Shown here piece by piece: positions 1 to 12,800 of a stretch of DNA of 64,000 bases. Location: NCBI GenBank assembly GCA_013265495.1, contig MU057989.1, positions 697,513-761,512 on the forward strand, given 5' to 3'. Made by a program: the position numbers and the translations under genes. How positions within the stretch are numbered: the stretch's first letter is position 1; each line of letters starts with the position of its first letter. The notes under the pieces were generated by a model that had not been told where the DNA came from, ran no database searches, and saw only the letters and a program-made list of their open reading frames with translations. This DNA comes from Vicugna vicugna (Eukaryota).

Positions 1-527
1 CAACAGTCTCTGTCACCACCACACTGGGAGGCCATGCTGACCACATAGGTAAAACGTTATTTAAGATCAGGAAGTGAAGGTGAGAAAAATTTAGAAACAG
101 GACTTGTACGGTATTATATATGCAAGGCTGGCTTTCAGTTCTGCATGAAGAATGTATGCTAAGCATATGGTTTAGTACCCCAGGGGCAGCAGGATAAGAA
201 ATGTGCTTTAAACAAACAAACAAAAAGAAAAAGAAGAAGAATAAAAGGTGTTTGGAGGAGAAAGGAAGGACCAGAAGATTCTCCTGGGACTCAAACCCAC
301 ATGGCACCCTTGTACTCCACTCTCAGCAGCCTAACGAAACTGGCTGGCCCAGTGCAACTTATCCACTTTGGAGTGAATTCAAGAAAATGAGAGAAGCAGC
401 ATTATTTCCATGTTCATGTTACTCGTGTCAACGGCATGATGTAAACATTAATAGCAGAAGACCCCAAGCATATCATATAGAAAATTCATCCTGGGATTCT
501 ATTTTTTTTAATGACTGTTGTTTAAAA

Positions 528-711
528 CAGGAGTCGGCAAACTCTGGTTGTTGGGCTGGCTGCCTGTTTTTGTAGATGAAGTTTTGCTGAACACAGCCCA
601 TTCAATTATATATCATCTAGGGAGCTGAGAAGTTTGCAACAGAGACTGTTTGGCCTGCAAAGCCAAAAAAATTTACTAGCTGGTCCTTTTCAGAAAGTTT
701 TCCAACCCCTG
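528..711. mobile_element. MER58A-like hAT-Charlie MITE
   Basis: Terminal inverted repeats CAGGAGTCGGCAAAC...GTTTTCCAACCCCTG; 8-bp TSD gtttaaaa/gttaaaaa. Confidence 0.8.
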
Positions 712-781
712 GTTAAAAATAGCACAATTCACCTCTGCTTTTCTCTGTGGGAACATTCTGGCAGTGGTTGTGGCTGGTTAC

Positions 782-1124
782 CTGTCTGGGTGCTCCACGT
801 GCTGTCTTGGAGCACAGCAGAAGCATGCACACCTCCCTCTGCATTCTCCGGGGGAGCTGGTTCACTCTCTGGCCACTTGGGTGCCCTCTGCTTTTGAGGC
901 CGTGGGGCCTGGCTGCCAGATCGAGTTTTCCTCTCAGCAGGGCCTTGCAGGGTTTTGCTCTTGGAAGCAGCTGGTTTGGTCCTTTTCAGTTTGCTTCTTA
1001 TCTGGGTGCTGTTGGAGGCCTTTTGTGTCTTCCTTTCCCCAGACACTTCCTTGGAGCCATTCTTTTTAACCCTTTGGAAAAAGCTGGCACAGAGTTCCTT
1101 AAAGTCATCGTCTGACTCATCCAT
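782..1124 (-). CDS. SLX4: SLX4 structure-specific endonuclease scaffold (FANCP), first coding exon; gene continues left of the window
   Basis: Translates to MDESDDDFKELCASFFQRVKKNGSKEVSGERKTQKASNSTQIRSKLKRTK..., matching the SLX4 N-terminus. ATG at 1124-1122; donor ACAG|GTAACC after 782 (phase 1). A second donor after 733 is phase 2. Synteny with DNASE1/TRAP1. Confidence 0.92.
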
Positions 1125-1871
1125 CACCTGACTGGCTTTAAGGCTTTCAGGCTGGTCTTCAGAGAAGTGAGGGTAGATCTGGGGGCCTGTGCACAGATGA
1201 GCTTAGCCAGGCCTCGTTCACACTCGAAGCTTCATTACGGTTCCTCACTAGTTCTTACCTGGAGAGTTTGCACAATTGAGCAAAAAGTAACATTTCCCCC
1301 TCCATAATGATTTAAAATGTCTTTCTTCAAATTGAACCTATGTTAAACAGCACGTTTAAAGCTTACCTCTATTAAAGTTCACATGTGAGAGATTTTGTTG
1401 TTCAGCAGATGCCTCTGAGGTAGAATATGTACATGGACTTAGTACTCAGGCCATTCTCCAAGATCTCCACGGTGATAAAGCACACTTGGTTCCTGTAATT
1501 TTTCACCTGTGGAAAGCCAAAAGCATCTAAGAGTAATTAGACAGATATTGTCATTTTATGCCATTTCTTCCAGGGAGGTACAAGAGCATGTGGGTCTTTG
1601 GAGTAACAACACCCTTGTCAAATACTGAGTTCCAGCTTGGTTAGCCGACTAATTATCCCACAGCACAACAGGGGAGAGAGTTCCAAGGTCCTGTCAGAGC
1701 AGTTCTATCACAGGCAGAAAAATGTGTGCATCTTGGAAGAGTATAGTTTTTACTGAAATATGGGAAAGAGTCCCATGAAGGGCAGTCACCACAGAAACAA
1801 GATAATCCCCAAATCCAGAAAAACCATCTCTTAGGCCTACGCTGGTCCAAGGCCTCCAGCTCTCAGAGGCT
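1125..1871 (-). other. SLX4: Putative 5' UTR part of SLX4 exon 2
   Basis: Candidate acceptor ccaccccccatttcattgcttgctgatag|agcc at 1872/1871; length is similar to the long 5' UTR of human exon 2 (recalled). Boundary uncertain. Confidence 0.45.
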
Positions 1872-2404
1872 CTATCAGCAAGCAATGAAATGGGGGGTGG
1901 GGAGGGAAATGTACACTTGAACTCTCAGGAAAAAACAAAAGACAGGAAGACAGGAGGCTCATCCCTCACTGATACAACCAATTTTTCCAAATCAGTAAAA
2001 GGTCACTTTTCTGCATCCTCTCACCCCAGCAACTCTCCTAATTTCCATGACTAGAATGCTGTCCGTATGTAAAGGTTAGGGCCTTAGGGGCATGTTTATT
2101 TGTATTGGCACATTTTAGTGGGGTTCAAAAATCAAAACTAAATAACCTAGTGGCAGAAAGTTCATTTCAGATACCATAATGCAATTTCCTCTGCCCAAGT
2201 AATTCAATTAATCAAGTTTTCCACAGCTGGGCTGACAAGAGCACCTAAAATTTACTTTGCATGGCTGGCTCATTCTCATCTCCCATCTCCTTAGAGAAGC
2301 TTGCCCTTGTCTTTTATCTCAGTGAACCCTCTCCTCCATTATTTTTTCATTACACACAGTTTTCACAATGGCATTTATCACAGGTTATAGTCCCACATGT
2401 ATTA

Positions 2405-2612
2405 GATTTACTGAATGCTCACTGTATACCAGGCAGTGGTCCCAAGTGCTTTACGAGTCTAACTCATTGAATACTTACAGAAACTCTATTGGGTAGAATC
2501 TATTGTCATCCCTTCTTTACAGCAAGGAGCCAGGCACAAGAATGGGGAATCAGCTCAAGTTCACACAGCTTTTCAAGTGGCAGGACGGGCCAAATCCAGA
2601 CAGTGTGGTTTC
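2405..2612 (-). mobile_element. MIR SINE
   Basis: Reverse complement of MIR core and 3' end (tttactgaatgctcactgtataccaggc...ttcacacagc). Confidence 0.7.
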
Positions 2613-3069
2613 AGGGAATCGGCTCTTATATTTTGATTCACTTGTTATCTATCCCCTACTACGCTCAAAACTTCAGGGGTGCACACACTCACCTTTTTTA
2701 TTTCGTATTCTCTTTGGCTGACAAAGTGCCTGACTTGTAATAAGAGCTCGACAATTATTTGTTGAATTAATTAACTGCAAAGAGTCTGGTACAATCGGGA
2801 GCGAAGAGAAAGTGGTGGGGGAGAAGGCTGCAGGGAGAAGCAGATATTCCTGTCCGAACACTTGGAACGTCAGGCTAAGCAAACTGCTGGATGTGGGGAG
2901 CTAGAGCAAACTCCAGCCTCCACACTGCCATGAGTCTCCACATCTCTGCTGGTATTAATCTAAAACAGTCCATTTCCTATACGTGCTCAACCCGTATATG
3001 CTGAAAGAAATAATGGATCCCACGAGACAGCAAGCTTCCAGAGGGCTGGGACTTGTGCCTACGCAGATT

Positions 3070-4040
3070 TGTACCTACCGCGGCGCCAAGATCACAGAAG
3101 ACGCGGAAAGAATGAATGGGCAGGTGTGGGGCGACCCCCGCTTCCCCCAACCCGGTGACACACGGGTTGTCACCTGGGGAGGGGTTGCCAAGGACTCTGG
3201 CAGCTATAAAGACAGACAGCAAATTACGATCGCCAGACGGACCCCGAGGCCGTCACCCCGTGGGTATCCGAATCCCCCACCCCTCTTCCGTTCAGGCAGC
3301 CCTGGCCCCCTCCACCCGAGCGCGGCTCCTGCCTCTAACTGCGGCTAGAAGGGCTCGTCTCCCTCAGGAGAGCGAGAAAGGCCCGAGGTGGCCGGACTGC
3401 CTCTCCCGGGTGCAGACTCGGGCCCCAAAGCCCGGCTCCTCCTACCTCTGGCGCCGCCGCAGCACCTTCTCAACGGAGAACCATGCACCTGCGCATGCGC
3501 CGCTCTCACCCCCAGCGGCGAATTGCATCTGCGCAGGCGCAGAGCGATTCGCACGGCTCGTTTCCCATCCTCCTCCGCGGCCAGGGCGCGCGGCCGAGAA
3601 CGTTTCCCGGCGACCCGGGGCTAGACAAGGTGGAGCGCGGTGCTGGAGGGCAATGTGGCCTTGGGTCTAGGCGGCGCCCGGCAAAGTCTATTAAGTGTTG
3701 AGGAAGAGTCAGGGTGAGTTTAGGGCGCCGCCGCAGTTCTAAGTTGAAGTTTGTGTTCATCACGGTTCACACAGGAAACGTGTGCGGATTCATTGGGAGC
3801 CCCCTCAGAGTGCACCTGTGTGAGGAGCCGACGAGTAAACGGAGGCACAAAACGCCGCCAGGCCGGGCAGGAGAGCTTCCTTCTGGAGATGGTTGCGAGC
3901 GGGTTGAGGCCTGGAGCGACGTCGGGGACGCCCAGCGCCTGCCAAGGCCGCGGTGATGCCCACCCTCTCCAGCCTGGCTGGTGCGCCTTGTCTGGGCTTG
4001 AGGGGAACGTGAAGCCAGAGCGGTTCGCCACGGGTTGAAT
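3070..4040. promoter_or_regulatory. CpG island / probable bidirectional promoter with two NRF1 motifs
   Basis: High GC and CpG density; TGCGCATGCGC at 3490-3500 and TGCGCAGGCGCA at 3530-3541; outward-facing donors on both strands (3445 minus, 3714 plus). Confidence 0.85.
3446..3500 (-). other. SLX4: Putative non-coding exon 1 of SLX4 (TSS approximate)
   Basis: Minus-strand donor gcggcggcgccagag|GTAGGA at 3446/3445, inside the CpG island. Confidence 0.55.
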
Positions 4041-4360
4041 GAATCGTATTAAGGGTTCGAACTTAAAGCTGGAGTCATTGGGAGCTGTTGAAGGTTTTGT
4101 TTTTAAAGAAAGTTCCAGTTGTAGTGTAAAAATTGACCCGTTAGGAGGTGGTTATCACAACGTAGGCAAGAAATGAGGGTGGCCTGAATTAGGAGTTGGA
4201 ATGGAGAGATAAGAGAAATATTAAGGCGTTTGAATTGTGACCTAATTATTTGTTAAAATTCGTAGGTTTCTGGCCTGAGCGTCTGAGTAGAATGTGGTCC
4301 CAGTTACTGAAGTAATGAGCAGAGGAGGAGGAGTTTTGGAGGGAAAGCCATCCATTTAGG

Positions 4361-4882
4361 TTTTTTTTTTCTTAAGATATAATTTACGTATCATAAAATT
4401 TACTCTTTTGAAGTGTACGGTTCAGTGGTAATTAGTATATTCACAAGATGGCGCATCCATCATCACTATCTAATTCCAGAACGTTTTATAACCCCAAATA
4501 GAAATCTCTATGCCCATTAGCAGGTACTCCCCATTCCCCCTTACTCCATCACCTGGCAAGCACCAGTCTACTTTGTGTTTCTATGGATTTTGCCTGTTCT
4601 ATATATTTTATATAAATGGCATATGTAGCTTTCTGTCTGGCTTTTACTTAATGTATTGTTTTTAAGGGCCATCCGTGTAGCATGAATCAATTCATTTCTT
4701 TTAATGGCTAGATAATATTCCCTTGTATGGATATACCACATTTCATTTATTGATTTATCAGTTGATGTACATTGGGGCCTTTTCCGCTTTGGGGCTATTA
4801 TAAATAGTGCTGTGAACATTCGTGTACAAGTGTCTTTTTACTTCTCTTGGGTATATACCTAAGAGTGTGATTGCTGGGTCAT
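4361..4882 (-). mobile_element. L1 (L1MB-like) 3' end
   Basis: Poly-T followed by L1 3' UTR; minus-strand ORF MFTALFIIAPKRKRPQCTSTD resembles the ORF2 C-terminus. Confidence 0.85.
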
Positions 4883-7039
4883 ACTGCATTTAGTTCTGAG
4901 TAATGAGTTTAAAATTCTCATAGAACTTCCAAGAGTTTTTGTACCTGAGGGGGTTAGGAAGTGTTATTTGCTTTCTGGTTTTGGAAACCCAAGTTAGTTT
5001 GTAACATGGTTTCCAATTGGATTAGGTAGACAACACAAGAGTGGTAGGGGTGGAGTGTCTCATTTGTAACAGAATTTTAATTTATAAGAGGTGACTGGGT
5101 GACTACACAGAGAAGCGAGCCATTGAAAGAAAAATGTATTTCTAGAGAGAAGAGGGCATGCCATGCCACACAGGGAAGGTTTTGGTCAGCAGGCAGAAGC
5201 AGGAATGAGGGGAAAGCCTCGGTCAGAGCCTTATTCCCTGAGAAAAGCAAGGCAGGGCAGGGTAGACAGTTCAGGATTGGCTGGTTTGAATAATTCTGGC
5301 AAGCTTTAAGCTGTAGGGATGATCTCTAGTTTGCCTGGTACCCGGCCTGGGATGATTCAAAGCAGGAGCTATATTGAGTTGGTCTCTGAGAGTTGGATAA
5401 AGGAGTTTTGCATTAAAGGTTTGCATATGAGAGGCTACTCCCAAGCAAACTGATTACAATCTTTAGGAATTAACTAGTCCTGGGAAGGGTAGTCTCTCCC
5501 CACCAGCAAGATTTTTTAAGATGTCAAAACAAAAGATACAATATAAAAAAAAAAGATTAATGCATTGGGGACATGACTGGAATGATGTGAAGGACAGTTG
5601 TGAAGGTGGCACATATTTTTCTCCAGTTTAGGATTTAAATCTCTTAGAGGCTTGGGAAAGAAAATCCTTCTCCCTCCCCCTACCCACCCCTGCCAGAAAA
5701 CTCTGGCCATATTGTTCTTTTAAGCAGAATGAGTTATTGAAGTGTACTTTAGAAAGGGAGTGTTCCTTAAACCTTAGATTCTCACCTGAATTACCTGTGG
5801 AATATTTTAAAGTGGAATGCTGGGACACCACTCTTAGACCTGCTAATTAATCTTGGGTAGGTTTCCCAACCTGTGTGTTTTGAAAATTTCACAGATGATA
5901 CTCATTGTCTCTAAGTTAGAGACTGATGGTCACTACATTTAACCAGTACCTACTGAGCAAATAGTTATAGGCTAAATATAGAAGAAATGCCAAAAGCTGA
6001 ATGAGAGGTGATTGGAATTTATGAATTAGACATGAATCCTCACATCAGGAAACAAAGTTCTTGGGCAGTTTTCTCTTTGACCCAAGGTGAACCATGGGAG
6101 CCCCCTTGACCTGGACCTTTTTGTGACTTAGCTCCAGCAGAAGCTCTGAGGTTCACACTCTTCCACTGGAATTAGGCAGGAGTCATCCAGTGTGACTAAG
6201 CTGAGGGACAGTGGCCAGAAACAATGTTACTAGGTCTAGGTTATTTCAGTGGGAATATACTGCATCTTTGTTCCCTGCCACAACATTCCACCCAGGAACA
6301 TGAGGTCAGGATTATCCTTACACTTGATAGACTTTACAAGGTTTATCAGAAAGAGAAAATGGTTGCAGACGTGTGTGGAAAAACTGAGACACAATAAGGA
6401 GTGTTATTCCAAGTAGAGGCTCTGTTTTCCAAGCCCATAGGAGTAAGTCATTTTGGGGTCCTGGAGAAACAGGCAGAGGTTGAATATGCTATGATTATCA
6501 CTTACTTACACTCCTGGCATATTTCCTTTTTGGAAACTTGGCATCTTCCACTGAGTTAATGTTTTAAACAGTTCTGTGGAAGAAGTGGAAGGCCCTTTTC
6601 CCAGGTCTGGTTTGGTTATAAATCACAAAACCAAAACCTGCCCAGCTCCCTCTCATTTATCTTGGCAGAGGTTGGGGAGAGAGCAGATTGAACAAGGGAA
6701 GAGTTGTCTCTCTTCTCAGTTTTTTGGTCATGAAAGCTTTTATTTACTGTTGTATAATCCTATTTCCTACACTGCCAAAATTGCTGAAAACCCCAGGGCA
6801 AATAACAGTTTTACATGTCAAAGTATACAGAGGCCATTCTAAGTTATGCTGTATTTCTGTCTACCACTGCTGCCTTTTGTGTGATGTAGTTCTATTAATT
6901 TTGCTAGATGAGTTTGATTCCATGCAGATGCACTGGCCTCAACTGCAAAAGAGCATTTCCTTAATAAAGTTGATAATGCCACTCATAATTTTGATGTTAA
7001 AACTAAGTCAAGTCATCTTCCACTTAATGTTAAGATGGC

Positions 7040-8280
7040 AGTATTCCCCCAAGCAGTCTACAGATCATTGCCAAAATCCCAACAGCCCTTTTTTTCAGAA
7101 AGGGAAAAAATGATCTTGAAATTCATGTGGAATTGCAAGGGATCCTAATAGCCAAAAGAATCTTGAGAAAGAACAGAGGTGGAGGATGCACACTTCTGAT
7201 TTCAAAACTTAACTACAAAGCTGCAGCAGTCAAGACTGCATGCTGCTTGTGTAAGACTAGACATAAAGATCAGTGGAATAGAATTGAATGTCCAGAAATA
7301 AACCCATACATTCATGGGCATTTAATTTTTGACAAGAATGCCAAGACCATTTGATGGGGAAAGAATAATCTCTTGAACCAATGATGTTGGGACAACAGAA
7401 TATCCACATGCAAAAGAATGAAGTTGGATCCTTACCTCATACTTTATACAATAATGCATTCGAAATGGATCAAAGAGCCAAATTTAAGAGCAAAACCATA
7501 CAACTCTCAGAAGAAAACAGAGCTAAATCTTCACAACCTTGGATTTGACAGTGGATTCTAGATGTAACACCAAAAGCACAAGCAAGCAACAAAAGAAATA
7601 ATAGATAAATTGGACTTCATCAAAATTTGAAGCTTTTGGACTTTGAAGAATACTGTCAAGACAGGGGAAAGACAACCCACAGAATGGGAGAAAATATTTG
7701 AAAATCATATATCTGATGAGTCTAGTATCCACAATATACAAAGAGCACTTACCACTCAACAACAAAAAGGAACAACCAAATTAGAAAATGGGCAAAGGAC
7801 TTAAAAAGACATTTCTCCAAAGAAGATAGGCAAATGGCTAAGAAGCACATAAAAAGATGCTCAACATCATTAGTCATTAGAGAAATGCAAATCAAAACCA
7901 CAATGAGATACCACTTCTCACCTACTAGGACAGACATTTTAAAAAAGCCACACACATCCCCAAACAGAAAATAAGTGTTAGTGAGGATGTGGAAAAGTTG
8001 GAACCCTCATACATTCCTAGAAGTCCATAGTGATTCAGCTGCTGTGGAAAACAATTTAGTGGTTCCTTAATGGGGTAAACAGAGAATTACCATATGACCC
8101 AGTAATTCTATTCCTAGGTATTTGCCCAAAAAAAATTAGAAAAAAAGGGTGTTAAAACAAAAACTTACACTCTTACTCGAAATAGCCAAAAGTTAGAAAC
8201 AACCCAAATGCCCACCAGTGGATGTACAGATAAGCAAAATATGTAATATACATGTGTTATATATAATGGAATCATGTTAA
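7040..8280 (+). mobile_element. Old L1 ORF2 3' fragment
   Basis: Decayed ORF2 motifs (DQWNRIECPEINPYIHGHLIFDK; gaaatgcaaatcaaaaccacaatgagatacc). Confidence 0.88.
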
Positions 8281-9259
8281 CAATATATGTTTGCTTAATT
8301 TTAATGAATATACTAACAGACCTTTTATTTTTAAAAGTTTGCCCATTCTTTGATGAAGTCAGAATCAACTCTCAGTTCTTAGGAGAAAACACTTAATGAT
8401 TGGAAGCTGATTCTTCAATTTAAAAAATTTATTGTGAAACACCATATACCTAAGAACATAAGGAGTTCAAGCAGTATTGATAAACACAAGTGTACCTACC
8501 ATCCAGCTAAGAAATAAAGCATTATCTTCAGTATTTTTAAATTCTAATTTCCATTTATTGCCCCACTAAGTATTTCATTGGGTCAGCAGATTGGTTATAA
8601 GTATGAGGAAAATTTATGATTATGACTTTCAAAAATTCACGTTATATTTATCACATCATATCACATTCTTTTAGTCATTTATCACATCATTAAGTCACAT
8701 TCATGTGACTGGGTAACAGACATTTTCAAAGATTGAAAACTCCATATAGTTCGTAAAGGAACCTTTTAGTTTTGAACCTGAACTAGCCCCAAAGAAATAC
8801 TGAGTTTTACCTCTGGGGAGAAAAGAATATTTATGAGTCATGTTGTAGGCACCTTCTTTGGCCTTTTCCTTCCATTCTCTCTCTTAATGCTCTGAAAAGC
8901 CCTATGAGATGAATATTATTGTACTCATTTCTAAATGAGGAAATTGGCTCCAGGTAAATAGTTTGCCCAAGGTCAGAAAGCTAATAAAACAGATGCAAGA
9001 CTCAGCCCAAATCTATCTAAATACAAATTGACTGTTTGGCCAAATTATCCTCTTTCCCCAAATCCCAGGAAGTCTGAGATTTACATTTTGGGAGTTGGCT
9101 ACTGCTACATCTTTAACCTTAACAGCAAGTTCTAGTCCATTGGACTAGGACTAGATTAGTCCCTTTGCCTTCTCCACATCCTTACGTAGCATGTGGAACT
9201 TCATGCCTGTAGTAGTCCTACCAGTGCACTTCCTTAGCCCACTTGTCCATATAAAAAAT

Positions 9260-12200
9260 GATTGATATGCCTTTTAAATCTCTTAATCTACATGCTTCCC
9301 CTCAATTGCTTTATTTTCCTTAAAATGTATCTGCTGAAGGACATTAGCTGGTTGATTTGTAGAGTTTTCCACAGTTTGGATTTTGCTTATTAGCGTATTT
9401 GTAGTACAATTGACACGTTCCTGTATCCTCTGTAATTCCTGCACATTCACAGCTGGATCCAGAGGCTTTGTTGGACTAGGATTTAATCCCTTGGCAAGAC
9501 TTTAGATAGTACTGTATTCATATATCAGAAGGCATATAATGTTTGGTCTTTGGTCTTTTTAAAAAGAATAATAGCAGCCGTCAATACTCAGTGCCTAGAT
9601 CTTTGGCTTCTTTTGAGGTCGTACAGTAGTGATATTCTAATTACAATTTTATTTTTGTATATTATCTGGAATTATTTTATATGGCCAGCCTTCCCATTAT
9701 CTACCAGTATTTGGGTTCTTTGTGGTACAGTTCTTATAAGAAAGTCAGGACCAGTCTTTGATTCTTTCTTTTATCCAGTTTTCAAAGTAATGAGTTAGTT
9801 CTCTGTCATTCTCAGAAGGTGACCAGTTTTGTTTTAAAAATACCATTATCAATTTATGGATTTAAATTATTTGATGGGTTTCATTCACTTCACTGAAGTT
9901 ACTGTCCTTCCTGAAGCTCAAATTATTCCTTCTTTGGCAGTGGAAGCCTCTTTAACTTGGCTTCTGAGTCCTTTTCATACAGTCCGCATAGTCATTGATA
10001 GCATCCTTGACATCTGTTGTAGGGGAGGCAAATTTTTACCTCTACCCTGTTAGGGTTCTTTTTGGCTGGACCAGAGAATTAAATTGACATAAGACATCAG
10101 ACAGATCAACAGGAAAAAAGCATACGCATTTATTTGCAAAGCAAATTTTATATTTATAAGGCCCAATGAAGTTATGAAACTTGCTTGCTTTTATATTAGG
10201 TTGAACAAAGGGAGGCACTTTGGAAAAGTGACTAAACTGTGGGGACGCTAAAGGGAGATAAGAATTATTTTTAACAAGGCCTGTTTATATAGAAGTCTCT
10301 TAGTCTCAACTTCTTGACCTTGAGGATAAGAATGTTATTTTCCTTCTGGTATAGGAAGGATATCTCTCAAAGGAATTTCTTCTCCTGCTTTTAAGGAAAA
10401 GAAGGAAGGTCAGAGTATTTTTCTTGTATTTGCTGTTTTCAAGTGCCTTTAACTCATAATAGTCAATATGCCAAAGTGGCTTATTTTGGGGTGGCCCATT
10501 CTGAACTCCTCCACAGATATGTTGAGATACTTTGGGCTCATCTTACATATTTCTTGCTCCCAGACTTGGAATCAGCTAATTCTCTGAGAGGCCTTGGTTT
10601 CTTTTAGTGGGAAATGGTATTTTAAGACCACAATCTTGGTACTAGTAATACTCATCGGTACCGGGTTATCCCCATTGTTTGCAGGCATTTTCAGTGATCG
10701 GAGCTAGGAAGTATAAATACTTAAGTTAAAATACCTTGTGAGTTCATCTTATTTCTGTTTAAGTTCAGGACTGCAGGATTTTTACTTACAACTTCTATAT
10801 GGTATTTGTATCTCCATGTCAAGAATCCTGATTTTTAAGTACACAGGGGAGGATAAAAATAAAATATTCCAGAATTACTAATTTGTGTTATTCCATATTA
10901 CACATACAGCATCTTTTCTTTAAAAAAAATTGCCTTATTTTTTATTTTTACTGGAAACAAAATAAGGTAAATTCATTATCAATTAAGTATTATCACATGC
11001 AGCATCTATATATAAAATGCTATAACAACTGGTTATGATTTCTGAAAACATTGCAAAAATTTTTGCATATGCTGTTTCCAGTCTCCTCTCACTTTTTTTC
11101 AATGTACTTTATATTGTCAGATCATGTACCCACTATATAATAATTTTATCTTCCTTTTAACCCTCCGTTAGTCCTTTTTTATGATATATTCATTCATATT
11201 GTAGATACTCTTAATATATATTTTTTAACCTTCATTTAGTCTTAGTTCTGCAAGTGACTGTATTTAACTCATCATCAGTTCCTTATGTTGTTGTCTTCTG
11301 GTCACTCTAGCTCATTCTCTAGTATGTTATTTAGGACTCATGAGAACAATATTCCCTGAGTGTTTGCATGTTGGTACTAGTCGGTGCCCTGAATACTTAA
11401 AAGTCAGTTTTGCTGCATAGAAAATCCTTGGCTCACAATTTTTTCCTTGAGATCTTAAATCTATGATTCCGTTTTTTTCTGGCACAAAAAGTTGCTGTCA
11501 AAAATTCTGATGAAAATCAATTATTTAAAATATATATAGATAATTTTTAAATCACATGCTCATTTTTGTTTTTAGCATTTATTCTAGTTCAGGCTTTGGT
11601 TTTCCTCTCCAGAAACTCCATTACCTGAATATTCTATCTCCTTTGCCTAGCTTCAGCATTTGTCACTTTCTCTCAAATTGTTTTCATTTTTCTTCATGTG
11701 TTTTTGTTTTCCAGTAGTCTTCCTTTTTTACCTGCTGTTTCTCTTGAATTAGTGTTTATTGTGTTTATTTGTTCTCATGTTCCTTCTACTTTAGTATTCA
11801 TTTCTGAAATGATTTTTTTCTTTTGTTCCTAATTCTTAAACTGTCTCATTTCTGAATTTTTCGAAATCTGAATTATGATGGTCCTGCATGTCTTATATAA
11901 TATTCCTAGTGCTTTTAAGCTTGTTTTGAAATTGTACATTACACTTCAGATCTACTGTTTTGAGCATGTCTCCCTGGCATCTTTTTGTTTGCAGGGGTGT
12001 TACTTGGCTCTTCCTTTTCTTTTTTTCTTATAGTAACATTATATGGTATTTCACTTCATGATACTTTTCTATGGCTTATTTGTTGTTCAATTTAGTTTTC
12101 CTGAGCTGTTAGAAGGAAGCTTGATTCAGGTAGCTTTTCTTTCTTTTCAGAGCTCCCTCTTCTGTTGTGTTCAACTAGTGTTAAAAAAAATATGCTGACT

Positions 12201-12800
12201 TGCTTCCTGAGATTTCCTGCTTATGTTTTACTCTCCCACTTTTATCTGGGCCCTCTCTTTTCTTCATCTTTGTTGTCTCCTTCCTGCCCAATTTATATTC
12301 CATTGCCAGCAGTTTCTTCTTAGTGTGGGGGCCCTTCTTGGGCAGAAGCCCTTGGTAGATCACTTTTGAGGATTCAAAGGAGCTAGACCACTCTGGGCCT
12401 TTCCGCTGGCCACTTGTACATACTGCTGTAGAGTAAGTAAAATCCTTCCCAGTTTCAGCAGCTGTTCTCAGAATGGCTCGCTGTACTTTTAAATGAATAC
12501 CTGTTGATTATTTGTATTTTTCATCATCTCGGATCTATCATCACACCCTGTTACTTCCCTCTACTTTCTCCAACATAGCACTAACACGCAAGTGGTATGG
12601 CTATGTATCTGTCTATAATGGACACCTGTAGTGTGGGTGCACAAAATAAATCTACCTGTATTTTTGAGGCTTTTGGGCTCTTGCAGATATTTTTTCATCT
12701 AGTTTTGTTGTAAATGTTATTTCACAAGTATTTGTTTTTGAAATCTAGTTGTTCTGTTATATGGGGATTTGGGAGGATCCAGAATGTATGCTGCCACTAC
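9260..12800 (-). mobile_element. Ancient L1M/HAL1-type fragments, interrupted by an LTR
   Basis: Long T-rich degenerate L1-like sequence; subfamily not resolved. Confidence 0.5.
10018..10515 (-). mobile_element. ERV1 solo LTR (MER34/MER39-like)
   Basis: TG...CA termini, ~500 bp; minus strand starts TGTGGAGGAGTTCAGAATGGGCCACCCCAAAATAAGCCACTTTGGCATA, typical of MER34/39 LTRs. Confidence 0.7.

Noticed and set aside
2977..4038. Many overlapping Arg/Pro/Gly-rich ORFs
   Set aside because: Expected from stop-codon depletion in a CpG island; no recognisable homology
9132..9162. Small hairpin ctagtcca-t-tggactag with repeated gactag
   Set aside because: An 8-bp stem is expected by chance in 64 kb; no context supporting a function
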